From positions 1,757,058 through 1,821,057 of the forward strand of contig MU053487.1 of assembly GCA_013239625.1 (NCBI GenBank): a stretch of 64,000 nt of DNA, read 5' to 3'. A program made the translations under genes and the position numbers. Shown one piece after another: positions 37,531 to 51,402 of this stretch. The DNA is from Lama guanicoe. Taxonomy: Eukaryota. The notes beneath the pieces were generated by a model. That model had not been told where the DNA came from, ran no database searches, and saw only the letters and a list, made by a program, of their open reading frames with translations. Within the stretch, counting starts at the first letter, position 1, and each line of letters opens with the position of its first letter.

Positions 37531-38584
37531 ACTGGTTTACATAACCAGCTTATTCAGAGACAGGGAAATGTTGCAAACCATTTACCAGGGGAAGCAGTCC
37601 CTGCAGGGCGGGAAGCAGGCACTCAGAGGTGGAGCGAGATAATGTGGCAGGACTGAGCGGCAGGAACCTCGAGAATCCAAAGCTGTGAGAAGGCAGCATG
37701 CTAACCTCATTGGGAAGCATGGGCCTGGCTGAGCACCCTCTCAGTCCTTCGGTCCTTCTAAGAGTAGCCTGGTGTCCCGCCAAGGACAGAACCTCAGCTC
37801 CTCAGCTGGTTCTCCTTGACCCAGTGTGTTTGCATCAGCTCATCACATGGAAGACAGCAGGCAACAGAGGCTGTGACTGTCTTAGAAGGCTCCTGCTCTG
37901 CCGGGTGCTGATGAAGCATTTCACCATGATGAAACGAGTGTTACTCTGGCCTGCCTTGGGGGGAGGGGAGCCGGCAGCGAATCATCTGAGTCATCTCTCT
38001 TCCTACCCTGGAGCAGGCCATTAAAAAAAGGAAACTGCTTTGTCACGGTGGAGACAGCGTGCCTTAGAGGCGTGACTGAAAGCGTTTTCACAATAGACCA
38101 CTTGTTCTTCAAGTTTATTTTTCACTTTCATTGCTGTGCAGTAGGATTTCAGTGTGACCATACCTTCCAATCCCAGCAGCTGAAAAGGGAAGCACGTTTA
38201 TCTTTGTGTGGCCAGGGCTGAAGATTTCTAACTGTTGTCTCAATCCAGATAAAAGCCAAGCTTTTAAATAACAGTTCTCCACGTGGTGAGATTAAAGACT
38301 GTTCTTGTTGCTGTTAGCAAGGATAATCAAAGTTGATCATGTAGATGAACAGGAAGTATCTCTTTGTTACTTGGAGTTGTGATATTATCGGGTGCCCAGT
38401 GACTTTACTGTGGGGGGACCTGCTGGAATATTGATGAAGAGACAGAATAACCGGGAATTAGAAGTAATGTTTCCTAAAGTCTATAGTGAAAACTTTACTA
38501 ATGTTTATCCCCAAATTTTCTTAGAGAACATTGGTTATGGGTAGAATCATACATTTATACCACGTTTGTTGTGTGTGTGTGTGT

Positions 38585-41500
38585 GTTTTACTTGAAGTAC
38601 AGTCAGTTAACAATGTGTGAACTTCTCGTGTACAGCATACTGCTAGTGATAGACATTCATATATTCATTTTCATATTCTTTTCACCGTAAGTTACTACAA
38701 GATATTGAATATAGCTCCCCGTGCTATACAGCCTGAACTTGTTTATCTGTTTTATATATATTAGTTGGTATCAGCAAATCTCTAACTCCCAATCTATACC
38801 TTCCCCACCCCCACCCCTGGTAACCACAAGTTTGTCTTTTATGTCTGTGAGTCTGTTTATTTGGTTAATTAGTTTGTCTTTTTATTTAAGATTCCACATA
38901 TGAGTAATACGTATTTTTCTTTCTCTTTCTGGCTCACTTCACTTAATGATGATCTCTGGGTCCATCCACGTTGCTGCAAATAGCATTATTGTATTCTTTT
39001 TATGGCTGAGTAGTATTCCATTGTATAAACATACCACACCTTACTTAACCAGTCATCTGTTGATAGACATATGGGTTGTTTCCATGTCTTGGCTATTGTA
39101 AATAGTGCTGCTGTGAACACTGGGGTGTAAATGTCTTTCTGAATTAGATTTTTCTCCAGATATATGCCCAGGAGGGGGATTGCTGGATCATATGGGAAGT
39201 CTATTTTTAGTTTTTTTAAGGAACTGCCACACTGTCCTCCAGAGTGACTGCACTAATTTACATTCCCACCAACGGTGTAGGAGGGTTCCTTTTGCTCCAC
39301 AGCCTCTCCAGCATTTATCATTTGTAGACCTTTGAATGATGGCCATTCTGACTGTTGTGAGGTGGTATCTCATTGTAGTTTTGATTTGCATTTCTCTAAC
39401 AATCAGTGATGTTGAGCATCTTTTCATCTGCTTGTTGGCCATCTGTATGTCTTCTTTGGAGAGGTGTCTGTTTAGTTCTTCTGCCCATTTGTTGATTGGG
39501 TTGTTTGTTTTTTGATATCAAGGTGTATGAGTTGTTTGTGTATTTTGGAAATTAGTCCCTTGTCTGTTGCATCATTTGCAACTATTTTGTCCCATTCTGT
39601 AGGTTGTCTTTTTGTTCTGTTGATGGTATCCTTAACTGTGCAAAAGCTTTTAATTAGGTCCCATTTGTTTATTTGCACTTTTAGTTCCATTACTCCAGGA
39701 GCTAATTCCAAAAATATATTGCTGTGATTTATGTCCAAGAGTTTTCTGCGTATGTTTTACTCTAGGAATTTTATACTATCTTACATTTAAAGGTATAGTC
39801 TGTGGTAGAGTATATGCCTAGTAAGCACCAGGTCCTAGGTTCAGTCCCCAGTACCTCCATTAAAAAAATAAACCTAATTACCTCCCCCCACCCCAAATAA
39901 GAACAATTTAAAAAAATACATCTTTAATATAAAACAAATTAAGTTGAATCCATTTTGAGTTTATTTTTGTATATGGTATTAGAGAATGTTCTAATTTCGG
40001 TCTTTAACAGATAGGGGTCCAGTTTTCCCAGCACCACTTATTGAAGAGACTGTCTTTTCTCCATGGTGTATTCCTGCCCGCTTTATCGGAGATGAATTGA
40101 CCATAAGTGTGTGGGTTTATCTGGGGGCTTTTCATCCTGTTTGTTGTGATCACTGTAGCTTTCAGTATAGTCTGAAGTCAGGGAGCATGATTTCCCCCAG
40201 CTCCATTCCTCTTTTTCAGGATTGTTTTGGGTATTCGGGGTCTTTTGTGTCTCCATACAAATTTTAACTTTTTTTTGTTCCAGCTCTGTGAAAGGTGTCA
40301 TTGGTAATTTGATAGGGATTGCACCGAGTCTGCACATTGCCTCGGCAGTATGGCCGTGTTAACAGTATTGATTCTTCCAATCTAAGAACACAGTGTATCT
40401 TTCCATCTGTTTATGTTGTCTTCAGTTTCTTTCATCAATGTCTTAGTTTTCAGAGTACAGGTCTCTTGCCTCCTGGGGTAGGTTTATTCCTAGGTATTTT
40501 ATTCTTTTTGGTGCGATGGTCAATGTTACTATTTCCTTAATTTCTTTTTCTGCTACTTAACTGCTAGTGTATAGAAATGCAACTAATTTCTGTATATTAA
40601 CTTTGTATCCTGCAACTCTGCCAAATTCATTGATGAGTTATAGTAGTTTTCTGGCCACTTCTTTAGGGTTTTCTATGTGTAGTGTCATGTCATCTGCAAA
40701 TAGTGACACTTTACTTCTTCCTTTCCAATTTGGATTCATTTCTTTTTTCTCTGACTGATTAATATTATTTTGGAGGTCCAAACCATAGCAAATAAAAGTG
40801 AGACTGGTCATCCTCGTCTTATTCCTGATCTTAGAGGAAATGCCTTCAGCTTTTCCCTGTTAAGTATAATGTTAGCTGTGGGTTTGTCATATATGGCCTT
40901 TGTTATGTTGAGATATATTCTGTTTCTGCCCACTTTCTGAAGTTTTCATCAATGAATGTTCGAATTTCATCAAAAGATTTTCCTGCATTTATTGGAGTGA
41001 TCATACGGGTTTTTACTCTTCAGTTTGTTACTGTGTGTTTCACACTGATTGATCTTCAGATGCTAAAAACTCCATGTATCCCTGGGATAAATCCTGCTTG
41101 ATCATGATGTCTGATCCCTTTAATGAATTGCTGGAGTCGACTTCCCTCTATATTCATGTGTTATTAGCCCATAATTTTTGTGTGTGTGACATCTTTGTCT
41201 GGTTTTGCTATCAGGGTAATGATGACCTCATAGAATGAGTTTGGAAATGTTCCTTCCTCTGCAATTTCTTGGGATAGTTTCAGAATAGGTGTTAACTCTT
41301 CTCTAAATGTTTGGTGGTAGAACTCACCTTTGATGCCATCTGGTCCTGGACATTTGTTTGTTGGGAGTTTTTAGATTGCTGATTCAATTTAAGTTCTGGT
41401 GACTGGTCTTCACAGTCTATTTCTTGCTGGTTCCCTCCTGTCAGATTGAACCTTTCTAAGAAATTGTCCATTTCTTCTAGGTTGTCCTTTTTCTTGGTGT

Positions 41501-44500
41501 ATAGTTGCTCATAGCAGCCTCTTATGATCCCTTGTATTTCTGTGGTATCGGCTGTAATGTCTCTTTATTGATTTGGACCCCCCCCCCTTTTTGATGATTC
41601 TGACTAAAGGTTTATCAGTCTTGTTTATCTTTTCAAAGAACCAGCTTATAGTTTCATTGATCTCTTGGTGGTTTTTTAGTCTCTGTTTCATTTATTTCTG
41701 CTACTAACTTTAGGTTTTGTTTGTTCTTCTGTCTCTAGCTGCTTTAGGTATAAGGTTGGGTAGTTTACTTGAGATTTTTCATGTTTCCTGAGGTAAGCTT
41801 GTATTGCTATAAACATCCATCTTAGAATTGCTTTTGCTGCATCCCAGAGGTTCTGGATCGATGCGTTTTTGTTTTCATTTCTCTCAAAGTAGTTTTTGTT
41901 TCCTCTTTGATTTCTTCAGTGATCTGTTGGTGGTCTAGTAGCATATCGTTTAGCCACCATGTGTTTGCAGTTTTTGCAACTGTTTTCTTGTAGATGATTT
42001 CTAACCTTAGCATTATGGCTGGAAAAGACACTTGGTATGACTCCAGTTTTCTTACGCTCACTGAGGCTGGCTTCGTGGGCCAGCATGTGGTCGATTCTGG
42101 AGAATGTTCCATGTGCACCTGAGAAGAATGTGTGTTCTGCTGCTTTAGGATGGAATGTTCTATAGATCTCAATTAAGTCCATTTGGTCCAATGTGCCTGT
42201 ATTTCCTTATTGACTGAATGCTCTGTCTGATGGAAGTGGGGTGCTAAGGTCCCCACTGTTACTGTTACTGTCAATTTCTCCTTTTATGTCTGTAACACTT
42301 GCCTATTATCGTGAGGTGCTCCTCTGTTGGGTGCATGTATATTTACAATGGTTATATCCTCTTCTTGGATTGATCCCTTGAACATTATGTAGTGTCCTCC
42401 TCTGTCTCTTGTAACAGTCTTTAAATTGTTTTGTCTGATGTAAGTATTGCTACCAGCTTTCTTCAGGTCTCTGCGTGGAGTATCTTTTTCCATTGCCTCA
42501 CTTGCAGCCTGCATGTGTCTCTGCCTCTGAGGTGGGTCTCCTGTAGACAGCAGATACTGGGTCTTCTTTTTGTATCCATTCAGCTAGTCTGTGTCTTTTG
42601 TTTGGATCATTTACTCCATTTACATTTAAGGTAATTATTATGATGTATATTCTTATTGCCATTTAAAAAATTGTCCTGGGTTTGTTTTTGTAGGTCTTTC
42701 TCTCTTCTTTTCGTTCTCTCTTCTTGTGGTTTGATGACTAGCGAATTTCCTTAAACATGTGTTGTAAAGCTGGTTTGGTAGTGTTGAATTCTTTCACCTT
42801 TTGTTTATCTGTGAAGCTTTTGATTTCTCCATGAAGTCTGCGTGAGAGCCTTGCTGGGAAAAGTATTCTTGGTTATAAGTTTCTCCTTTTTATCACTTTA
42901 AGTGTATTGTGCCCCTCCCTCCCTTCTGGCCTGTAGTTTCTGAAAAATCAGCTGATAACCAACCTTATGGGAGAGTTCCCTTGTATGTTATTTGTTGCTT
43001 TTTCTTGGTGACTTTAGTGCTTTTCCCTAAGCCCTGTAAATCTGATTACTGTGGACCTTGGTGTGCTCCTCTTTGGGCTGATCCTGTGTGGGACTCTCTG
43101 CACTTCCTGGACTTGGGTGACACTTCCCTTTCCCAAGTTAGAAAGGTTTTTGGTTATTATCTCTTCAAAACTTTTCTCAGGCCCTCTGTCCCTCTCTTCT
43201 CTTTCTCGGACCCCTGTAATGAGTATTGTGTCTTTCATGATGTCCCAGAGTTCTCTTAAACTATCCTCATTTCTTTTTATTCTTTTTTCTGTTCTGCAGT
43301 AGTTATTTCCACTAATCTGTCTTCGAGCTCATTGATCTGTTCTTCTGCCTCATTTAGTCTAGTCTTGGTTTCTTCTACTGTGTTACTCATTTCATTAATT
43401 TTATTCCTCAACTCTGTTTGGGTATTCTTTATGTTTTTGAACTCTTTGCTAAAAACTTTACTCTGTGTATCTGTGCTCCTCCTGAGTTCTCTTAACATCT
43501 TCACCATCATAACTCTACTCTCTCTCTCTCTCAGACAGAGGGCCTGCCTCCTCATCCCTCATTTCCTCTTCCGGGATTTTATCTTGTGCCTCAGCCTGGG
43601 AGATGTTCCTCTGTGCCTCATCTTGTCTAACTTCCTATCTGTATTTCTAGGTAGGTCAGTTCCATTTCTCAACCTTGTGGAGAAGTGGCCCTCTTGTGAG
43701 AGATGCCCTGTGTGTCCCAGCAGTACATACACTCCCCTCTTGTCACCCAAGGGCCAGGGCAGAGTCGGGCCTGTGTTTGTGGGTAATTCCACAGGCTGTG
43801 GGATGGCTGTTTTCTTATTTCTGGTATCTGCCCCCTGGTGGGTGAGGCTGGACTAGAGGCTTGTGCAGGTTTCCTGGCAGGAGGAGTTGGGGTGTGTCTA
43901 GAGGCGTTTGTGGCTCAGGAAGTCTGCTGATGGGGGAGTGGGGGGGGGATGCTGTGTTCCCACCCAGTATGTTGTTTGGCCTGAGGTTTCCCAGCCCTTA
44001 AGCCTACAGGCTGTTGGATGGGGCTAGGTCCTGGCGCTAATGACCCAAGCAAGATGTCAGCCTCCAGGAAAGCTCATGTAGATGAACACTCTCGGAATGT
44101 CTGCCACCAGCTTTTATGTCCCCTGGGTGAGCTGCAGCCGTCCCCTACCTCCCCAGGAGACTTCACAAAACCAGCTGGCATTTCTGGCCCAGGTACCTAT
44201 AAAATCACTGCCTCTGCCGTTAGACCTGGCGCGCGCAAGATTGTGCACGCACTTCCTCAGAATGAATTCTGTTTCCCCAAGTCCAGTGGGGCTCCTAGAG
44301 CTAAGGCCCCCTGGCCTTCAAAACCAGCTGTTCCGGGGTCTCCCCTCCCAATGCTAGAACCCTGGGCTAGGAAGCCTGGCGTGGGGCTCAGCGCTCTCGC
44401 GTGGGAAACCTCTGCTACCTCATTAATCTTCAGCTTGTGGGTTGCCTGCCCGGGGGGGAACGGGGCCCGATTATATCACAAGCGCACCTCTCCTACTGTT

Positions 44501-44667
44501 CCACCGTGGTTCCCTCTTTTTGTTTCCAGTTCAAGAGGATCTTTTTTGCTAGGTTCCAGTCTTTTTCTTCCCATGGTAGTTTAACAGTCAGTTGTGGTTT
44601 TGTTGCAGTCACAAGGGGAGAGACGAGCTCATGGTCCTACTGCTCTGCCATCTTGACCAGAAATCTC
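38585..44667 (-). mobile_element. Near full-length, decayed LINE-1 (5'UTR, ORF1, ORF2, 3'UTR), antisense to ARPP21
   Basis: 5' end (-) GAGATTTCTGGTCAAGATGGCAGAG; ORF1 coiled-coil fragments (43014-43555); endonuclease pieces (GSIQEEDITIVNIHAPN, DLIEIYRTFHP..HGTFSRIDHML); RT motif LFADDM at ~40686-40703; ORF2 C-terminus ([13 protein letters not shown]); many stops and frameshifts. Confidence 0.95.
39791..39940 (+). mobile_element. Vic-1-like SINE inserted into L1 ORF2
   Basis: ggtatagtctgtggtagagtatatgcctagtaagcaccaggtcctaggttcagtccccagtacctcc plus A-rich tail, interrupting the antisense L1. Confidence 0.8.
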
Positions 44668-45873
44668 GACCCCCTTGACTTCTGACCTCATGATTATCCT
44701 GTTCTAGCAGCAGATCAAAAGCAATGTGTCACTGAAATTATCCATCAGAGGGAGTGTGACTGTGGGGAATGTCTTGACTTTGCCCCCACCTTACCTCCAG
44801 GTGCCTCAACAACACTTTGCTGCCACCCGGCTCCAGGGAAGTGTGTCCGTAATCAACACCGGAAGAGGGGCAGACACGCGAGAATGCCACCTGGTCCTCC
44901 AAACCACACAGCCTCATTAGGAAGGTAGAAAGCCTGTGAGTCTTTCATGCAGCTCTTCTCCCTCTGGGTTGTGGAAGCTCTCTGGCTGTCAGCACAGCAC
45001 TCGGGGCCAGGAAAGTTCAGAGAATTACTTCAATAATATGACAGCCTCTTCCATTTAAAATGGAATTCAGTGCTGGTGTTCCTCAGAGGCATTCATTGAA
45101 ATTCTGTGCATGATCCATTCCTGTAGTCATTTAACGGTGTCTCTCATGTTTGCCCTGATTCAAAAAAAGAAAGAAAGAGAAAGAAAGCCAGCTTTGTACT
45201 TGCGATAACATGGAGCAGGATGGAGTAACTGTGAGGAAGAGGCCCCCGAGCGAGCAGTGATAGGACGGTTCATCTGATGTGTACGGCCATTAGAAAATGA
45301 CCCACGCGTGGGCCTTCTCAGGGGACAGTGAAGAGGCTTTTAAGAATTACACTCTGTGCAGTATGAAAGCTAATGAGCAAAAGAGCAAGTAGGAAGACAA
45401 ACAATGGCTCCAGGAAGCCTCGTTTCACTTCAGCTTTCCTCAAATTCATTAGGATGGACTGGCCATCCCCGGGCCAGGCGCTGCACCCTCTCCGTCCCCA
45501 GGCAGCATCCCTGCAGCCCACCCTGCTCCTGGGGAATTAAAACCACCACGTAATAAATGGCGAGGAAAAGAAAGAGGACAGATGCAGACACTGCCAGTAA
45601 ATGCAACGAAGGCAGACGTTTACACAAAGCTGAAAAAAAGGTCACTGTGGGCTTCAATAGCCACCCCCCCCTCCAAAAAAAGGGCAATTTTTTTATACTC
45701 CCTTTTTTGAATTTTTTGGACTGTCTTACGGTCTCTTCTTATAGAACAAAAAAATAGTGTCTTATTGTGAGGTCCAGGCTAAGTATTTTTATCCTATGTC
45801 TTACTTTTCTGACATGTTTGAAGATTTTAAAAAAAGAAAAATGCCTTTCCAATCCAACCTGTACTGCTTTCTT

Positions 45874-45982
45874 TTTTGGTGCGGGGGAGAAATTAAGTGT
45901 GTTTTTAGAGGAGGTACTGGGACTGAACCCAGGACTTGTGCATGCCAAGCACGTGCTCCACCACTGAGCCATACCCTCCCGC
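45874..45982 (-). mobile_element. Vic-1-like SINE with 13-bp TSD
   Basis: tRNA-like head on - strand; direct repeat GTACTGCTTTCTT at 45861-45873 and 45983-45995. Confidence 0.88.
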
Positions 45983-47144
45983 GTACTGCTTTCTTGTTTT
46001 AAAAAATCCTATGTAGGGAGGTTTACACAGAGGCAAAATGCTTCAAAAGATACCCACCTTGCTTTTCAGAGCTGACCCCACTTAACCTCCGCTCCGGGAG
46101 CCAGCTCCGAGGAGCGGGAGGACAGCGTCTGAAGGCCCAGGAGTCGGGGGCCTGCCTTGGGGCCGCGGACCCCCGGGCTCTGGGAAGCCTCTGTGCCTGT
46201 GGAGCTGTCTGGGTGTCTGCCCTCCACATGAGGGCATCCAGCATCCCGAGTCCGCTTCTCTGAAACGTCTGGTGGGTGGTACCTCTTCCAGGAAGCCAGA
46301 GACACTGTGACATCATACAGCATATCTACTCCCTGCCGCCAGCGCTTCCCGGAGCGCCGAGGTGCTGCAGGCAGATGAAGCCAGAGAGGCCCCCCCGTCG
46401 CAGAGACACTGCCCTCGTAATGCCGTAAGCTGGGGAACGAATCCACGGTGTTCACAGAATTAGCAAGATGATGAGCGCGGTCTCTGAACGCCCAGAGTAC
46501 AGCCATCTCTCAGTGGCCAGGGGGTCGTGACTTCTCCAGGCCTCTACCTGACAGGCCAGGTGGCTTTGCAGTTTCTGTATGTCTTCTTTCACCTACTTTT
46601 ATCTTTCAAACACCATCAAGGCTCTTTTTGTCTCCAAAGGCCCACTGACTTTCCCGGGGTGGGGGCAGCCGGTTGCCTTGTGCAGTCACATAACAGAACT
46701 GATGTTACATTTCCTGTGCAGGTAAGTATTTCTAACGTGGTATTTGAAGAGCACGTTGAGAAAACAATCCGGAGTATAGACAGTCTTCAACAATTGTGCG
46801 GAGAGCCGTTGTTTTAAATGGTCCTAGTAGCTGGAACAAAGTATCCACTTACTAGAAACTGATCAAGTAAAGGAAGGGACCAGAAGCCCTCTGACTCCCC
46901 CCACCCCACACAAGCTGACCGTGGGAGTGACACGAGTTGATACTGACCCGGTGGCTATGCCTCACCTTCAGTTTTCTTTTGTTCTTCAACACTAGCAAGA
47001 TCTTGTTCAACAGACTGTGGATCATAACTCTTGTCCTCTCTCCTTCATTGTTTTAACTGTTGAGAAAACAGTTCATGCGCTGAGTACCTGGCACACCCCG
47101 GGGATTACGTTCAGGTATGAGAGGTATGCGAGCTGGGAGAATGC

Positions 47145-47360
47145 GGCCCATCAGAACACCACAGCTTAAATTCTGACTAACTCTCCCTCCTCCTGGCTGG
47201 CTGACCCTGACAGGTTTCTCCATCTCTCTGAGTCACAGTTGTCTCTTTTGTCAAAAGGAGTTTAATAACACTGACTACCTCCCAGGATTGCTGTGACAGC
47301 AGAGTCCAAGGGCTTAATTTGTTGTTTGGATCAGAGTAAGTCATCAACAGAGCTGGTTAG
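47145..47360 (+). mobile_element. MIR SINE
   Basis: gctgaccctgacaggtttctccatctctctgagtcacagtt...actacctcccaggattgctgtga. Confidence 0.6.
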
Positions 47361-50300
47361 CACCCCTGTAACGGAAAATCTTTCACGAAGATGAAAGTGT
47401 GGAGGAATTGATAGGAAACCAAGGAACAGAACCGGGCAGATGCAGAAAATAGTGCACTGTGTGAACTATTAAAAGTCTGCGAAGGGTTAGAAGCCAGTCC
47501 TAAATAAGCATTTTTCTTTTTTCATATTTTTCACCAGCAATGCCACAGCTGAACCACTGTAATTCCATCTGCAAACCATGTATGAAGGGCAGAGTTTTTG
47601 AATTGAGAATCAGTTTGTTGGTTCCTTAGAAACCTGGAGCAATATGTGTATGTTGGGTCATTCAAGATACAAGATGTTTTATATTGAGTAGGTTATTAAC
47701 TTTCATCATTTGAAAAGACGGTCTGACCCCTAGTAAGAATACTTCACTCAACACAACAGGAGATTTACACGGCTTGGGCGGACTTGGGGGTTGATGAGAG
47801 CTGTCCAGTTCTCAACGACTTTGCTCTGTAGATACTTGTATTTGTCCTCCTAACTCACACTTCAAACTTCATAACCAACAAGAGCCAGGGAAACAAAACC
47901 CTGAAAGTACGGGCTACGACTGTGTAGTTTCATTCACTTCTAACGTGCTGACACTGTTACAGAGTGCTCAATTCAAACTTAAAATCATGGCCCTCACAAT
48001 CTGCAATTTTTAATTCTGAATCAGTTTCCATTCTGATTTTTCATAAATGTGCTACATCAAGAGAAACATTTCCTGGACAGGATATTACTGAATTAGCCTC
48101 AAACTACAAATAGTATGCAATTACTGCTGTATTTCAGGTGAAACAATATTGAATTTTCAGATTTGTAAGATCTGGACATTTAAAATTTTATAATCTCTCA
48201 ATCTTAACAGAGCTTCCTCTTTTACTGGCTAGGAGGCATTTGTCCATTCCTATCCTTTTTAACCCCAGAAAATAAATGATGCGTGCGACTTGAAAACGGA
48301 ATTAACCTGGACTGAAAAAGGAACGATAAAAATAGCTAACGTCTTTATGATCTTCGCAGCAAGTCTGCAGGACAGACACTGTTGCTGTTTCTGTTTTGTA
48401 AGATGCATCAGAGCTTGCTAATCCTCCATAAATATGAAAATCTGATCATTTCACCACTAAGAACTGACAAACTGGAACATATTTCTCATTTCAACAGACG
48501 AGATAAGCAGGTTCCCAGCAGCACTGCCACCTCCACCTTCAGGCGGACGGTGTCCCGGGCAGACCCCGCCGGCTCCCTCTCAGGGCACTGCGCTCACGCT
48601 TCTATCGCTCTATCCCTGGACCGGGGCTAAGATGCCTCTTCCAGCCTTCCACCTCCAGGACCATTCTAATCTGCTGCCTACCTTCTGTCATACCATGCAA
48701 AGACATGTCCAGTGTAAATTTCTTGCCTGGAGAGCAAACTGAGGAGTGAACGGGATTCATGAATAAAAATTGGGCTTTCCTTACACTTAAGTTTTCCTTT
48801 GGAAAATGTACAGTGTTCTTCGTTCCCCACGTAAATCTGTATTTGCCTGAAGTATATGTACTGTGGGAAGCCCTGTGCGGAGTGGGGGGCCCACTGCTGT
48901 GCACGAATGCACACCAAAGTTCACAAATCATCAGGCGGGGGAGGCCTCCCTGCGCGCCACAGAAATGAACTGCCCCCTCCCAGGCCCTGCACCTTTCCTG
49001 GGATGACGCCACCCGACCTCCTCCCTTTCCTTTCCTTGAGTATTATTTGATATTACCTTCCTTTTCCAAACAAGATGCTCCGTGTTCTGTTCACCTTAAC
49101 AGCTCTGTTATCATCAGACTTATTTTTCCCTTCACTCCAATTTTGTTTTGGACAGATGGGGGTCAGTAAGCAAACATACCATCTCTCCATGCGAGGCCAC
49201 CGTCCCTTCCCTGCCCGCCCCCTCCCCTTTTCCTCTGCATACTGGCCGTGCGGCTTCTGCCACGGGACTGTGGACCAACTAGGCTATCACCCCAAGACCA
49301 TATATAAGTCAGGGTTTTAAAAGACATTTCTCTCATTTTCAACCTGTACCTTGAATCTTCAGCCAGAAATAAGGCTCCCTTCTGTTGTCCACTGCATGGA
49401 CGTGAGGGTGCGCTCACACGCCTGCTCTCTGCTGCCCCCCAGGAAGCGGGGAGGAGGGCTATCGGGCACGCGTGTTCAGACCGAGGTATTTGCTTATGTA
49501 CATAAGTTCTTGTGCCAGTGAATTGGATGTGCCCAGAAAAAATGTCTTCGTAACAGTAAAACAGCAACAGACATTTTTCAGGGTCAGTGGATACATGAAT
49601 TAGAGTGGGGTATCTAAACGGAAAATAAAAGGTTTTTGCAACTAAGCAACTAATGTTCAAAGAAATTTCTCTCTTGCACATAAGGCATCCTGGGCGGCAG
49701 AATGCCACCCTGGCGTGGCCTTTTAAGGCAAAGCTCTCGTTCCCAAGTCTGATGACTTTTCTATATTATATAAACTGCAAATATTGTTCCATAGTGTATA
49801 TAATATAGAACACGTGTAACTCCTCTGAGCTGATGTTACTGGCATCAGATAGACCCGCAGAGCATATGAAAGGAAGGCCTGGACTGCGAACTACAGACAC
49901 AGTGCACCTGCGGGGAAGATGGTCATTACCTTTCATGACAGTCTTAATATGTGTGGTGTCTTTACAAGAATTTAAAATAAGTCAGTAAGTTAACTATGAA
50001 AATGAAGTCAGGTGAGTAACGTGAACATAAAATAATGGGGCACGTGACGAGGGACAAAGGATGACTTTCCAAATGACGCACTTGGTCTGCTTACCAGTGT
50101 GGGCACGGGCGGTCCTCCCCACGGGGCTGGTCCCCACACTTGGTCACTCGGCTGTTCCAAACCGACCACGCCTTGTTCCATCTCGTTCAGTGAATGGAGC
50201 TGATCTGCTCTGATTCAGTGACTATTCGCCGGCCTTGGTTCCACAATATTTCTAGGATGAGTGAAAACATATTTTTCTGTCAGAAAAGGATCTCAAAGTG

Positions 50301-51402
50301 TTGCCTGTTTTGAAGACCTCCATTCAAACTCTCCTAGGCACTCACAACACAGGCTGTTTATAAACAATGCACATTGATTAGGAATTTTTCTTGACTCTTC
50401 ATTTCTATTTTAAAAATCTGGTTGTAAAACTTTGCGTTGTAGAATCTTTAGAATCCTAGATTTTCTTCTCTGAGAAATGTACTAAGACAGGGGTCCCACT
50501 GACTCCTGGGCCCGCAGTACAGTTACTATGGGAGCTGGAAGGTTCTCCTTGTGCAGCAGGAAGTAAATCTGTTTCATTTCTCTATCACCATGTCATTTTC
50601 ACCTCCCATCATAACTTTCTTCCCAATATTTATACAAACAGTTCACAGCCTGCAGCCTGCCTGCATTTTAAACCACGTCTTATGGTACGGATTAAAATAA
50701 GAAAGAAAAGAAACCTTACCAGTTGGCCCACTGGATGGAAATGAACAGACACAGTCTTTAACTGCTGTATTCTGTGTTATCTAGTATATGGACATGGTCG
50801 TTAAGTGGAGTGTTTTGCCAGAATGTCCTCAGGAGTTAGTGGTGAAACAGAATAAAAGCAACAACATTTCACTCACTGTTGTGTTTTCCTACAGCAATGA
50901 ACATCGAATTATGTAGGGTAGTGACTCACACTGTTCAGTAGGGCCTCGGAAATAGAATGCGTCCTACGATGACAGGCTGTTTGGAAATCTCTGAGTGAGG
51001 TAGTGCAGAAAAGTCAGAGGGTAAGAGAATGAGTCGATTTAATTAGGAAAAACAACCCTGATAATGGGTGACTTCTCCAAATATCCCTGCTGCCAAAGCA
51101 GACGTCAAATATGAAAGGCGTAATGTGCAACTGTCAACTGACGTCTGCACCAGGAGGCATTCACCACGTCACAGTGTGCTCACTGGGCCCTTCTTAAGGA
51201 CAGAAGCATCAGTGGATTTTTTGGAGTCATCATGGTCCACTCTCAGCAGCAAAAAATGCATCCATAGGAAACAAGCAGTCCTGATACGGGCAGGGGCTGA
51301 AATGCTGAGAGGCTGCCCTGTGAACAAGTACCCTTACCCCAAACAACACTGTCTTCATTCTTCTTGGTACAACCAGTTCAAAAGGTGCTTTTCTCTTCAC
51401 AG

